Assembly: GCA_044222475.1 (NCBI GenBank)
Contig: JBGANF010000001.1
Span: 1 to 64,000 of the forward strand
Direction: 5' to 3'
DNA length: 64,000 nucleotides
Source of the DNA: Polyangiaceae bacterium
GTDB lineage: Bacteria > Myxococcota_A > Polyangia > Polyangiales > Polyangiaceae
The translations under genes and the position numbers were made by a program. Positions 34,816 to 44,925 of this stretch are shown here, one piece after another; positions within the stretch are counted from its first letter, which is position 1; each line of letters begins with the position of its first letter. Under the pieces are notes generated by a model. It had not been told where the DNA came from, ran no database searches, and saw nothing but the letters and a program-made list of their open reading frames with translations.

Positions 34816-35622
34816 TTGTTCCTAGCTCGACCGCTTTCCCTCATCGTTCTCGCCGCCATCGGACTCGCCCCCGTCGTCGCCGCATGCGGCGGAAACAGCA
34901 AAGACGCGAGCTCCCCCACCCCCAGCGCGAGCGCGAGCACCGCGATGGCGCCGCCCCCGCCGGGCGGCTACCCGCCGGGCAGCTACCCGCCACCGGGCGG
35001 CTACCCGCCGAACGGCTATCCCCCGCCCGGAGCGACCACTGGCGCGCCCACCGGCTACCCGCCCCCCGGCGGAACCGCGACCGCCCCTCCTCCCGGTACC
35101 GGAACGGCCCCCGCCCCCACCGCGAGCGCGGCCATCCCGGGTCTCCCGGGCATCCCGCTCGACCCGAACCTCCTCCAGCAGATCGCCTCCGCCGGGGCTG
35201 CCGTCTTCGGCCAGGGTGCGAGCCCCGTAGCCGCCGGCGATCCGGTCGAGGTCGGGGTGAAGGGCGTGGCCGCGAAGGCGGTCGCTCCCGGGATGACCCC
35301 CGAAGGCAACCTCGTGAAGGACACGCTCGCGGCCGATGCGCACCGCACCGAGCTCGTCACCCTCTCCGGCGGCAAGTGCTACACGATCGTCGCGTTCTCT
35401 CCGGCCGGTCAGGTGACCAACGTCGACCTTCACCTGCTCCTCCCGCCGTTCTTCAACATGGAAGCCGGGCACGACAACGAGAGCGACAACACCGCCGTCA
35501 TCGGCAAGGGCACGGGCGCGATCTGCCCCGCGCTCGCGATGGCGGTTCAGTACAAGCTCGACGTCCACGCCAAGGCCGGCCAAGGCGCGATCGGCGTTCA
35601 GATCTATTCGAAGAACAAGTAG
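34816..35622 (+). CDS. Pro/Gly/Tyr-rich lipoprotein
   Basis: AGGAGG RBS then TTG; lipobox VAAC; GGYPP repeats; Cys-containing C-domain. Confidence 0.7.
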   Translation: MFLARPLSLIVLAAIGLAPVVAACGGNSKDASSPTPSASASTAMAPPPPGGYPPGSYPPPGGYPPNGYPPPGATTGAPTGYPPPGGTATAPPPGTGTAPAPTASAAIPGLPGIPLDPNLLQQIASAGAAVFGQGASPVAAGDPVEVGVKGVAAKAVAPGMTPEGNLVKDTLAADAHRTELVTLSGGKCYTIVAFSPAGQVTNVDLHLLLPPFFNMEAGHDNESDNTAVIGKGTGAICPALAMAVQYKLDVHAKAGQGAIGVQIYSKNK

Positions 35623-35646
35623 CTCGCGCGGGCCGATGGGGCGGTC

Positions 35647-36486
35647 ATGCGCCCCATCACACCCGACGATCCCGAGTACCCGCGTCAGCTCCTCGAGCGG
35701 CCGAGCCCACCTTCGGTGCTCTGGGTCGACGGGCCACCGCTCTCCCACTCGCGCGCAGTCGCCATCGTGGGATCGCGCAAGCCATCGCCAGCCGCGAAGA
35801 GGTTCGCCGAGTGGCTGGGCGAGATCGTCGCGCGGCGCGGCACCATCGTCGTCTCGGGCGGCGCATTCGGGATCGACAGCGCAGCGCATCGGGGAGCCTG
35901 TCGAGGCGGCCAGTCATGGGTCGTCCTCCCGTGCGCGCTCGACAAGGCGCTGGTGAAGGAGCGAGACGTCGACCCCGAGCTCTACGATCGCGTGAAGGCA
36001 TCGGGCGGGGCGCTCCTCTCGACGTTCGATCCCGGTACCAAGGCGGCCCTCCCGAACCACCACATTCGCAACACCACGATCACGCGCCTCGTGACGGACA
36101 TGGTCGTCGTCCAGGCGGCGAAGAGGAGTGGCTCGCTCAGCGTGGGCCGCAAGGGGCTCGCGAACGGCGTCCGGGTGTTCACCTTTCGCGGGCCCTGCTG
36201 GGACCCCCTCTTCGGCGGAACGGCGGAGCTCCTCCAAGCTGGCGCGGTGGAGCCTTCGTCGGTGCGCAGCCTCGTCAAAGCGCTCACGAAGCCCCCGCCG
36301 CGGCCCCTCCGCCCCGACGAGCGGAGCCTCGTCCAGCAGCTCCGAAACGAGCCGATTCACGTGGACGAGCTGGTCCTCGCGACCTCCCTACCCATCGGTA
36401 GGGTCAGTAGCGCCCTCTTGACCCTTGCCTTGGACAACGTAGTAGTAGAGGGCCCTGCGGGATACTTCCGTAGGAATTCTACCTAA
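35647..36486 (+). CDS. dprA: DNA-processing protein DprA (short, lacks the N-terminal SAM domain)
   Basis: AIVGSR, VSGGAFGIDSAAH, SGSL, C-terminal winged helix; upstream of topA. Confidence 0.88.
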   Translation: MRPITPDDPEYPRQLLERPSPPSVLWVDGPPLSHSRAVAIVGSRKPSPAAKRFAEWLGEIVARRGTIVVSGGAFGIDSAAHRGACRGGQSWVVLPCALDKALVKERDVDPELYDRVKASGGALLSTFDPGTKAALPNHHIRNTTITRLVTDMVVVQAAKRSGSLSVGRKGLANGVRVFTFRGPCWDPLFGGTAELLQAGAVEPSSVRSLVKALTKPPPRPLRPDERSLVQQLRNEPIHVDELVLATSLPIGRVSSALLTLALDNVVVEGPAGYFRRNST

Positions 36487-36527
36487 ACACTGGAAATCAC
36501 TCCACTCTTCATCTGGAAACGCGGGGA

Positions 36528-38912
36528 ATGGCCAAGACGCTCGTGGTCGTAGAGTCGCCGGCGAAGGCGAAAACGATCAAAAAGTACCTGGGAGCTGGCT
36601 ACGAGGTGATGGCCTCGAAGGGCCACATCAAGGACCTCCCCAAGAAGATGGGGATCGACGTCGAGAAGGGCTTCCAGGAGACCTACGAGGTCATCGCCGG
36701 CAAGGAGAAGGTCCTCCAAGAGCTCAAGGGCGCCGCCCGCGAAGCCGACGAGGTCCTCCTCGCAACCGACCCCGATCGCGAAGGCGAAGCCATCGCGTGG
36801 CACCTCTCCGAGGAGCTCGGCAAGAAGGCCGCGAAGCGCGTCGAGTTCCACGAGATCACGAAGAGCGGCGTGCAGAAGGGTGTCGCCTCCCCCCGCGCGC
36901 TCAACAAGCACCTCTACGACGCGCAGCGAGCGCGCCGCGTCCTGGACCGCATCGTCGGCTACGACGTGTCGGCCCTCGTGTGGTCCAAGCTCGCCTTCGG
37001 GCTCTCTGCCGGTCGCGTTCAGAGCGTCGCGCTTCGGCTCATCGTCGATCGCGAGCGCGAGATCGAGGCGTTCGTCCCCGAGGAGTACTGGAACTGTGGC
37101 GCCGGGCTCGAGCCGCGCGAGGGACCGAAGACGCCGTTCTTCGCGCGCCTCACCCAGAAGGGCGGCAAGAAGCTCGAGGTCAAGGACGGCGCCGCTGCCG
37201 CGCAGGTGCGCGCCGATCTCGAGAAGGCGGACTACAAGGTCGTCAAAATCACGAAGAGCGAGCGCAAGCGCAAGGCGCCGCCGCCGTTCACGACCAGCAA
37301 GCTCCAGCAGGACGCGGTGAACCGCCTCGGCTTCGGAGCGAAGCGCACGATGCAGGTCGCGCAGGGCCTCTACGAAGGCGTGGACCTCGGCAAGGACGGC
37401 GGCCCGGTCGGTCTCATCACGTACATGCGCACCGACTCGACGCGCCTCTCGCCCGATGCGGTGGCGGCGGCACGCATCTACATCGAGCAGACCTTCGGGA
37501 AGAACCACGTCCCGGCGCAGCCGAACGTCTTCAAATCGAAGAAGAACACCCAAGACGCGCACGAGGCGATCCGCCCCACGTCGCTCGATCACCCGCCCGA
37601 CCAGGTGCGCAAGCACCTCAAGGACGAGCAGTACAAGCTCTACAAGCTCATCTGGGATCGTTTCCTGGCGAGCCAGATGACCGACGCGATCTACGACCAA
37701 ACGGGGGTCGACATCGAAGCGCGGTCCGGATCCGAGGTCTACACGCTTCGCGTCGGCGGGCGCATCCTGAAGTTCCCCGGCTGGCTCGCGACCCAAGGCG
37801 AGAACATGAAGGGCGACCTCGCCGGCGAAGAAGGCGAGGTCAAGGAGGGCGAAGCCCCGAAGGTCCCGAGCCCGGACGACGAGGAGGCGACGCTGCCCGA
37901 GCTGAAGGAGGGTCAGGCCCTCGCCCTCCGCACGCCGCCCGGCGTCGTCACCGAGCAGAAGTTCACTCAGCCGCCGCCGCGCTACAACGAAGGCTCGCTC
38001 GTGCGCGAGCTCGAAGAGCGCGGCATCGGTCGTCCGAGCACGTACGCCGAGATCATCAGCAAGGTCCAAGCGCGCGACTACGTCGAGAAGCTCGACGCGC
38101 GCTTCAAGCCGACGACGCTCGGCAAGTACGTCGTCGACGGGCTCGTGCAGAGCGAGCTCGACTTCATGGACCCGACGTTCACGTCGAGCATGGAGCAGCA
38201 GCTCGATGGCGTCGAAGCTGGCGAAGAGGATCGCGTCGCGCTCCTCACGCGCTTCTACAAGCGCTTCCGCGAGCAGCTCGACAAGGGCAAGAAGGGCAAG
38301 CGCTGGAACCCCGACCCCACGCCGACCGGCGAGACGTGTGACGTCTGCAACGAAGGCGAGATGATGAAGCGCTGGTCGAAGAACGGATGGTTCCTCGGCT
38401 GCAGCAACTACCCGAAGTGCAAGAACACGCGTGACCTCGGCCCCGACGGCAACGGCCCGACGGCACGGCGCGATGCGGGCGTCGACTGCGACAAGTGCGG
38501 CAAGCCGATGAGCTTCCGCAGCGGGCGCTACGGCGAGTTCCTCTCGTGCACCGGATACCCGGCGTGCAAGAACGCGAAGCCCGTCCCGCTCGGCGTGCCG
38601 TGCCCGAAGTGCGGAGGCGACCTCATCGAGATTCGCCCGAAGAAGAAGGGCGGCAAGACGTTCTACGGTTGCTCCAACTGGAACACCGAGACGGTGAAGT
38701 GCGATTTCAAGCTCTGGCAGAAGCCGATCAAGGAGCCGTGTCCGCTGTGCGGAGCGAAGTTCCTCGTCCTCGGCGGCAGCCGCACGAAGCCGATGATCGT
38801 CTGCGCCGACAAGCAGTGTGGCTACAAGCGCTCGGCGGAAGCGCCGGGCGAAGGCGGCGAAGCACCGGCGGTCGCCGGGACGCCGGCGCCAGCGGCGACG
38901 CCTCCCGGTTGA
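36528..38912 (+). CDS. topA: DNA topoisomerase I
   Basis: VESPAKAKTI, DPDREGE, SAGRVQS, ITYMRTDS, HEAIRP, zinc ribbons. Confidence 0.97.
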   Translation: MAKTLVVVESPAKAKTIKKYLGAGYEVMASKGHIKDLPKKMGIDVEKGFQETYEVIAGKEKVLQELKGAAREADEVLLATDPDREGEAIAWHLSEELGKKAAKRVEFHEITKSGVQKGVASPRALNKHLYDAQRARRVLDRIVGYDVSALVWSKLAFGLSAGRVQSVALRLIVDREREIEAFVPEEYWNCGAGLEPREGPKTPFFARLTQKGGKKLEVKDGAAAAQVRADLEKADYKVVKITKSERKRKAPPPFTTSKLQQDAVNRLGFGAKRTMQVAQGLYEGVDLGKDGGPVGLITYMRTDSTRLSPDAVAAARIYIEQTFGKNHVPAQPNVFKSKKNTQDAHEAIRPTSLDHPPDQVRKHLKDEQYKLYKLIWDRFLASQMTDAIYDQTGVDIEARSGSEVYTLRVGGRILKFPGWLATQGENMKGDLAGEEGEVKEGEAPKVPSPDDEEATLPELKEGQALALRTPPGVVTEQKFTQPPPRYNEGSLVRELEERGIGRPSTYAEIISKVQARDYVEKLDARFKPTTLGKYVVDGLVQSELDFMDPTFTSSMEQQLDGVEAGEEDRVALLTRFYKRFREQLDKGKKGKRWNPDPTPTGETCDVCNEGEMMKRWSKNGWFLGCSNYPKCKNTRDLGPDGNGPTARRDAGVDCDKCGKPMSFRSGRYGEFLSCTGYPACKNAKPVPLGVPCPKCGGDLIEIRPKKKGGKTFYGCSNWNTETVKCDFKLWQKPIKEPCPLCGAKFLVLGGSRTKPMIVCADKQCGYKRSAEAPGEGGEAPAVAGTPAPAATPPG

Positions 38913-38919
38913 GCAGCAG

Positions 38920-39597
38920 TCAGCGACGAACCGCGTAGGCGACGCCGTCGCCGAACGGGAGGATCGTCGCTTCGAGGCGCGGGTGCTTCATGATCGCTTC
39001 GTTGAACGCGCGAAGCGCGGCGGTGCGCTTGCGCTCGTTCTCGGGCACGTCCGCGGGATCGCGAGCGACGAGGCCCTTCCACAGCACGTTGTCGGCGACG
39101 ATGATCCCGCGAGGCGCGAGGCGCGGCACGATCGCGTCGAGGTAGGCGACGTACTCCTCCTTGATGCAGTCGAGGTACGCGAGATCGATGCCGTGCGACG
39201 CGCCTTCGGGGAGCTTCGCGAGCCCGTCGAGCGCTCGCTCGCAGCGCACCTCGACTCGATCGGCGAGACCGGCGCGGGCGATGAACCCGCGCGCGATCTC
39301 GACGAGCTCGAGATCGACCTCGAAGGTGACGACGTGAGCGTCCTCGGCGGCGGCAGCGATCGTGATCGCGCCGTAGCCGATGTTCGTCCCGAGCTCGACG
39401 CAGAAGCGCGGCGCACGCGCGCGCGCGACCACGGCGAGGAAGCGAGCAACCTCCGGATCGCTGATGGGCTCCCGGCGCGACTTCGCGAGCGCCTCCATCT
39501 CTTTCGCGAGGTCGGAGCGGTGGCCGTGCGCCTGCTCGAGGTGGTCCAGGTACGTCGCCTGAGCGGGCTGCAGAATGGCGTCGAATGCGTCCTTCAT
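38920..39597 (-). CDS. Class I O-methyltransferase (CCoAOMT/YrrM-like)
   Basis: ELGTNIGYG, YLDCIK, ADNVLW, PFGDG. Confidence 0.9.
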   Translation of the reverse strand: MKDAFDAILQPAQATYLDHLEQAHGHRSDLAKEMEALAKSRREPISDPEVARFLAVVARARAPRFCVELGTNIGYGAITIAAAAEDAHVVTFEVDLELVEIARGFIARAGLADRVEVRCERALDGLAKLPEGASHGIDLAYLDCIKEEYVAYLDAIVPRLAPRGIIVADNVLWKGLVARDPADVPENERKRTAALRAFNEAIMKHPRLEATILPFGDGVAYAVRR

Positions 39598-39818
39598 CGT
39601 ACCTCTCCTGACGTGCGAGCATCTTTGGCGCTAGTCGCCGACATGCACGAATTTTGCCCGAACTGCAGCCGATTTTCCGTCCAACGTAGGGCCAATCGTC
39701 TCGGCTTTGAACGTACTAGCCCAGGCGAGAACCGATCCAACCGGCGTAGTGAAATGTTTGGCAGGCGGCGGAAGTGCATGCTGCAATGAGGGTGGATTCT
39801 CATGCCTCCTGGAGAAAA

Positions 39819-41759
39819 TTGGAATCCTGCAAACTGACGATCGCGGAGCAGCTCATCTCGCGAGCTGACGTAGGGCCACCCGAGGCGGAGCTCGCGCTCG
39901 TCGACATCGACTGCCTCGAGCTTCGCGCGACGGAGCCGGGAGCGGTGCGCGAGATTGGCTACCGCACGACCGCAAAAGATGCGCTGGCTCGTTTGGCAGC
40001 GCTCGGAGTGACGCCCGAGCTCGCGAGGCAGGCAGCAGACGTCGCGCACACGCTCGCGCCGATCTACGCCCGCGGTCTCGTCGTTCGACGGATCACGAAG
40101 GAGCTCGGTGCCGCGGAGCTCTTCGAAGGGCGCGTCTACCTCGCGGCGGCGAAGGCGTACGAAGGCGCGTGGCTCGATCTCGCTTCGTTGGCGTTCGATC
40201 TCGGTGAGCCGCGCATCGGCATCGCGATTCAGGCCCTCCACCTCGCCGCTGCGCTCAGTGAAGCAGACGAGAACGCCGACGTTCACCTTTCGACGCTGGC
40301 GTTCACGCGCAGTCAGCGACCGGGCATTCGTACCCTCAAGCGCATCGACTTGACCGCATGCGTCCGCCTTCCCGCGCTCTTCGAGAAGCTCGCCGCGCGC
40401 ACGCACGGCGTGTCGCCGCGGGAAGCGGGACCGACCCGCGTCGAGGTGCTCGATTGGTTGAGCTCGCGCATCACCGGCAACCACACGGCCGCCGAGCGGT
40501 ACGCCCGCATCGAAGCCGCGCTCGTGACACCGGCGCCGCCGTCGTCGCAGCGCGAAACTCCGGTTCCGCCGCCTCCGAGCGGTCGCCGTCTCACCCCTCG
40601 CCCCTTCGCCATGGACGACGCGGCGCTGACTCCGCGCACGGTGACGTCGCCGCCGCGCCGTGGCCCACTCTCCGATCCGGTCGCGTGGTCGATCGAGACG
40701 CAGCTCTCGGCGGGCGACGTCCACGCCGCAGTCGAGCGCATCTCCGCGCTCGAGCGATCGCACGGTCGCACACCGTCGGTCGTCTACCTTCGATCGCGCG
40801 CATCGTTCCTCGCGCGCGCCGAGGCGCCGGAGGTCATCGCTCAGCGAGTGTCGCTCCTCGCCGCGAAGACCAGCTTCGACGAGCTCGAGCTCCTCGCCGC
40901 CCAGGCGTGGGCAGCGGCCGGGAACCTGCCTCGCGCTCTCCCCTATGCGCGCGTGCTCGCTCAGAACCCGAACACGACCGAGGACGTTCGAGGCGCTGCG
41001 CGCGAGATCGTCGCCGCCGCCGAGCGAGCGTCGCGGAGCCCGGCTCCCCACACCACGCCGAGCGGACACGCCATGCGACCCACGCCGTCGGGCGTTCGCA
41101 AGGCGGACCCGCCCGACGACGACGACGATCTTCCGCCGGTGCTCGCGCTGTCCGGTGCACCGAGCCGCCAACCCGCGACGCAGCCGCCTCCCAGGCCCAG
41201 CGTCGTCCCGTCGAGTGACGCCGACACGCTCATGAAGGGCGCTTCGCGTCCCGCGTTCCAGTCGGCGTCCGAGTTCGACGTCGCTCCGATCGGCACGCCC
41301 GAGGTCGTCGAGGAGCTGAGCGATCCGCCGCGCGGGCCTGATTTCGACGCGCGGTTCGAGTGCGTGTCGATGGCCCGCGAGCTGGGTCGCCTCTATCGCA
41401 TGCAGCACGGCATCGTGCTGCGCACCGACGTGCCGAGCCTCGAGCACATGCAGACGCAGCTGCTCGATCGGTACCACGGGCGTGGGATCAAGACCCAGTC
41501 GGCCGCGATGGACGTGCAGCGTCACGGCGCCGTCCTCTCCGAGATGCTCGCGCGTTGCCTCGGTGCGCGATGGACCGACGTCGCGCCGAGCGAGCTCGGC
41601 TACTGGGAGATGACGGTTCCACCGGGCCTCCGGGTGTGGCCGTTCGCGCGCGTGCTCCGGCTCATCAACATGGGAGCGAAGGAGCGCGACCTCGTCAGCT
41701 ACTTCCTCGAGCTCTACGCCCGCGCCGACGGCAAGAGCCCCATGCGCAACGCTCGCTAG
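39819..41759 (+). CDS. Hypothetical multidomain protein
   Basis: Long ORF; GGAG RBS before TTG 39819; globular ends with Pro-rich linkers. Confidence 0.65.
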   Translation: MESCKLTIAEQLISRADVGPPEAELALVDIDCLELRATEPGAVREIGYRTTAKDALARLAALGVTPELARQAADVAHTLAPIYARGLVVRRITKELGAAELFEGRVYLAAAKAYEGAWLDLASLAFDLGEPRIGIAIQALHLAAALSEADENADVHLSTLAFTRSQRPGIRTLKRIDLTACVRLPALFEKLAARTHGVSPREAGPTRVEVLDWLSSRITGNHTAAERYARIEAALVTPAPPSSQRETPVPPPPSGRRLTPRPFAMDDAALTPRTVTSPPRRGPLSDPVAWSIETQLSAGDVHAAVERISALERSHGRTPSVVYLRSRASFLARAEAPEVIAQRVSLLAAKTSFDELELLAAQAWAAAGNLPRALPYARVLAQNPNTTEDVRGAAREIVAAAERASRSPAPHTTPSGHAMRPTPSGVRKADPPDDDDDLPPVLALSGAPSRQPATQPPPRPSVVPSSDADTLMKGASRPAFQSASEFDVAPIGTPEVVEELSDPPRGPDFDARFECVSMARELGRLYRMQHGIVLRTDVPSLEHMQTQLLDRYHGRGIKTQSAAMDVQRHGAVLSEMLARCLGARWTDVAPSELGYWEMTVPPGLRVWPFARVLRLINMGAKERDLVSYFLELYARADGKSPMRNAR

Positions 41760-41779
41760 CATTTGCTACACTGCACCGC

Positions 41780-42118
41780 ATGACGTCGCCCTACCGTGAT
41801 GCCCTCGGTGAGGAAGAGCGCGAGCGGATCGCGGACGTCGAGAGCGACGAGGACTTCGATCGGCTCGCCTTCGCCCGCCGCGCGGTCGATCTCGTCGGGC
41901 CCGGGCGCACGCGCGTCGTGCTCTGCCCCGGAGCTCGACACGTACAGCTCGACACCGGTCGCGCGTGGGGCCGCGCGTCGCCAGCGCGTTGGGCGGTGTT
42001 CTGGGTCCCGCTGCGCGCGTCCCGACGCGCGATCGCGCTCGCCGCGCTCGAGCTGGCCGAGGGCACGTCGACGCCCTACGCGCTCGACGCCCTCATCGCT
42101 CACGCTTGGCCGGGCTGA
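41780..42118 (+). CDS. Hypothetical protein
   Basis: ATG just after a TACACT -10-like element; ends 9 bp before greB. Confidence 0.5.
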   Translation: MTSPYRDALGEEERERIADVESDEDFDRLAFARRAVDLVGPGRTRVVLCPGARHVQLDTGRAWGRASPARWAVFWVPLRASRRAIALAALELAEGTSTPYALDALIAHAWPG

Positions 42119-42127
42119 GGGGTTCAC

Positions 42128-42601
42128 ATGGCCACGAACTACATCACCGCCGAGGGAGCCAAGCGTCTGCAAGAGGAGCTCGTGCGTCTGCGAACGCGCG
42201 ATCGTCCCAAGGTGGTACAAGACGTCGCCGACGCCGCCGCCCAGGGCGACCGGAGCGAGAACGCCGAGTACATCTACGGCAAGCGCAAGCTCCGCGAGAT
42301 CGACCGGCGCATGCACTTCCTCATCAAACGCCTCGAGAGCGTACAGATCGTCCCTCCCCGCACCGACGGCTCGACCCGCGCCTTCTTCGGCGCGTTCGTC
42401 GAGCTCGAAGACGAGGACGGCAAGCGGGTGCGGTACCGGATCGTCGGCGAGGACGAGACCGACGCGAAGCTCGGGTACATCAGCTGGCGCTCGCCCGTCG
42501 GCCGCGCGCTCCTCAAGAAGGAGGAGGGCGACGAGGTGCGGATCCAGCGTCCCGGAGGCGAGGTCGTCCTGACGATCGCCTCCGTCAGCTACGTCACTTG
42601 A
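42128..42601 (+). CDS. greB: Transcription elongation factor GreB
   Basis: NYIT, GDRSENAEYIYGKRKLREIDRR, ISWRSPVGRAL. Confidence 0.95.
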   Translation: MATNYITAEGAKRLQEELVRLRTRDRPKVVQDVADAAAQGDRSENAEYIYGKRKLREIDRRMHFLIKRLESVQIVPPRTDGSTRAFFGAFVELEDEDGKRVRYRIVGEDETDAKLGYISWRSPVGRALLKKEEGDEVRIQRPGGEVVLTIASVSYVT

Positions 42602-43472
42602 TCATGACCTGACCGCGCGTCAGGTCGCCCTGGTCGTGCAGGTAGAACGTGTACGTGCCGAGGGCGTTCACCTTGCGCTGCTGGCCCGACATGCCGTTCT
42701 GCGGGATGAGCGCGTTGCAGACGCCGTTGGTGACCGGGTCGTGGGCGAAGCCCTGGCCGGGGTTGCTGGCGTGGATGCAGTGACCCGAGGAGTCCTTGTT
42801 CAGGAAGCGGACCTCGACTGGAGTCGCGGTGATGTTGGTCGGTGCGGTGATCACGATCGGGTAGGAGCCGAACGCGTTGGTGCTCGGGTTTCCGGACGTG
42901 CCCTTGAGCGCATCGACGTTGGTCGGGATCGCGATCGTGAGGATCGGCTTCACGTTGAGCCCGAGGGCGGCCGAGCCGACGTTCGATCCCGACGTTCCGC
43001 GGACCATCAGGTTGGCGAGGTTCGGGGCGGTGTCGCTCGCGACCGTCAACGTGAGCATCGTGGTCTGCCCGGCGTTGCCGGTGACGCTCAACGAAGCCGA
43101 GGCGAACTTCGCGGTGACGCCAGCGGGGAGGTTCTGCACGTCGAGAGCGACGGTGCCAGTGAAGTTCTTGGGCGCGACCGTGACTTGGATGTCGACCGTT
43201 GCACGGAGCTCGGAGTCGGCGGTGGTCTTGTCGAGCATGATGTCGAACGCGGGAGTCGAGACGCCCGAGTCGACGCCGCCGCCGCCGGAGTCGTTGCCGC
43301 CGCCACCACCGCCGGAGTCGTTTCCGCCGCCGCCGCCGCCACCGTCACCGCCCGCCGGGTTGTTGTTGTTGCCGACGCCGGTCCAGAGGTTGCTGGAGGT
43401 GCCGCCCGCATCACCACACGCCACGAGAGCGGCGGCGCCGAGAACGAGGGCGAGGATGGTCAGGGAGCGCAT
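42594..43472 (-). CDS. Lipoprotein with Gly-rich linker, Ig-like and degenerate cupredoxin-like domains
   Basis: Lipobox LVAC; GGGGGNDS repeats; VRFLNKD..H and GTYTFYLHD..GQVMI. Confidence 0.65.
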   Translation of the reverse strand: MRSLTILALVLGAAALVACGDAGGTSSNLWTGVGNNNNPAGGDGGGGGGGNDSGGGGGGNDSGGGGVDSGVSTPAFDIMLDKTTADSELRATVDIQVTVAPKNFTGTVALDVQNLPAGVTAKFASASLSVTGNAGQTTMLTLTVASDTAPNLANLMVRGTSGSNVGSAALGLNVKPILTIAIPTNVDALKGTSGNPSTNAFGSYPIVITAPTNITATPVEVRFLNKDSSGHCIHASNPGQGFAHDPVTNGVCNALIPQNGMSGQQRKVNALGTYTFYLHDQGDLTRGQVMIK

Positions 43473-43484
43473 GCCTTGCGTAGG

Positions 43485-43500
43485 TGCAAGTTCAGCGCCA
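43485..43500 (-). promoter_or_regulatory. sigma54 (-24/-12) promoter
   Basis: Minus strand TGGCGCTGAACTTGCA with exact spacing, 12 nt before ATG 43472. Confidence 0.7.
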
Positions 43501-43590
43501 CGGGGAAACGGCGATCCATCGCGAGATATCGCGGATTTTTCGGGGTAGGAGGACGTAGGAGATGGGCACAGATGGACAACGTCGATGGAC

Positions 43591-44925
43591 TCACGAGGAT
43601 CCACGCCGATGTAGGACAATGAGGGATAGGCCGAGCAGGAGGCCCGCCAGACCGAGGTTCCCGGACGGTGCTCCAACGGTGTCGCAGCCGCAGCGCGACC
43701 GATCCTTCGCGGGGGCGAGAGGCCCCACGGAAGCGTCTGCGCCTCCCTCGACGGACGCGTCGACGGGCAACGTCGTGCTCACCTGCGTGCCGAGCATGAG
43801 CTTCACCGGCGGCCACGCGTCGACGCACTTCGCGCCGTCGCCTGCGTCGCACGCGAGCGGCCCGCGCACGTCGGAGAACGTCGCGAGGGAGCGCCACGTC
43901 GCGCCGCGATCCTCCGAGAGAGCGATGGCGTAGCCGCTCGGCGCGTACGGCTCGGAGCATCCGTAGAGGCGCGAGCCGTCGGCGTGGAGACAGTACACGA
44001 GCTGATCGCGAACCTTGGTGAAGGTCTTGCCGCCGTCCGTCGATCGATGGAGGCCTTCGCTCGGCGTTCCCGATCCGACCCACACGTCGTCGCCGTCGCG
44101 CGCGAAGCCGAACATCGCGCCGTCGAAATGAAACACGACGCGGACGGTGGCGCCGCCGTCCTCCGAGAGCAGCAGATCGCTCCCCTTCACGCCGAGAGTG
44201 CGGATCAGGAGACGATCGGCGTTCGTGCGATCGACGCTCGCGAGGTAGAGTCGACCTTCGCTGGGCCACGCGGGGTGGAGCTCGCGGAAGCTCACGCCGC
44301 CGTCGTCGGAGCGGAAGAGGTGCGGAGCGACGTTCTTTCCGACCTCGACGCCGGTCGCGTAGACGCGGGCGGGACGCCCGAGCGTCCCGCGATCGACGTC
44401 CAGCGTGTCGACGTAGATGCCGGGGATGCCTTTGCCCAGTCTCTCGAAGCGGCCGCCGTCCCGTGAGCGCCAGACGAACGCCGGGTCCTTCGGAGTCGAC
44501 GTCGCGAGCCACACCGTACCGCGCTCCTCGGATAGGTCGGAGACGAGCTGTCCTTCGAGCTCGGCGACGCGGGTGAACGCGCACCCACCCTCGGTCGTTC
44601 GGAGACCATCGGCGAGGCCGAGGTAGATCGTGCGACCCCGGATGGCGAGCGGCGGATCCCACGGGCCGCTGAAGCCGATGGCTTGCTCGCAGACCCAATC
44701 GAACGTCTTGCCGTGGTCTTCGGAGATCATCAGACCGAACGTCGCGCGGAGGACGACACGGTCGCCGCTGGTGAGGATCGTCTGCGCGCGCGGGAAGCGG
44801 CCGTTCGCGTGCGCAGACCGCTCCGTGTACGCTGAGAGCGCCGTGAACGACGCGAAGGCCAACAGGAGCGCCGCGAGAGCTGCGCGAGCCAGGCGAACTT
44901 CCGCCGTAGGTCTCGGGACGATCAC
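43591..44925 (-). CDS. Secreted BNR/Asp-box beta-propeller protein with MYXO-CTERM-like tail
   Basis: AHA-NGRFP signal cleavage; repeated SxDGG boxes; C-terminal CGC + TM + RR. Confidence 0.8.
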   Translation of the reverse strand: MIVPRPTAEVRLARAALAALLLAFASFTALSAYTERSAHANGRFPRAQTILTSGDRVVLRATFGLMISEDHGKTFDWVCEQAIGFSGPWDPPLAIRGRTIYLGLADGLRTTEGGCAFTRVAELEGQLVSDLSEERGTVWLATSTPKDPAFVWRSRDGGRFERLGKGIPGIYVDTLDVDRGTLGRPARVYATGVEVGKNVAPHLFRSDDGGVSFRELHPAWPSEGRLYLASVDRTNADRLLIRTLGVKGSDLLLSEDGGATVRVVFHFDGAMFGFARDGDDVWVGSGTPSEGLHRSTDGGKTFTKVRDQLVYCLHADGSRLYGCSEPYAPSGYAIALSEDRGATWRSLATFSDVRGPLACDAGDGAKCVDAWPPVKLMLGTQVSTTLPVDASVEGGADASVGPLAPAKDRSRCGCDTVGAPSGNLGLAGLLLGLSLIVLHRRGSS

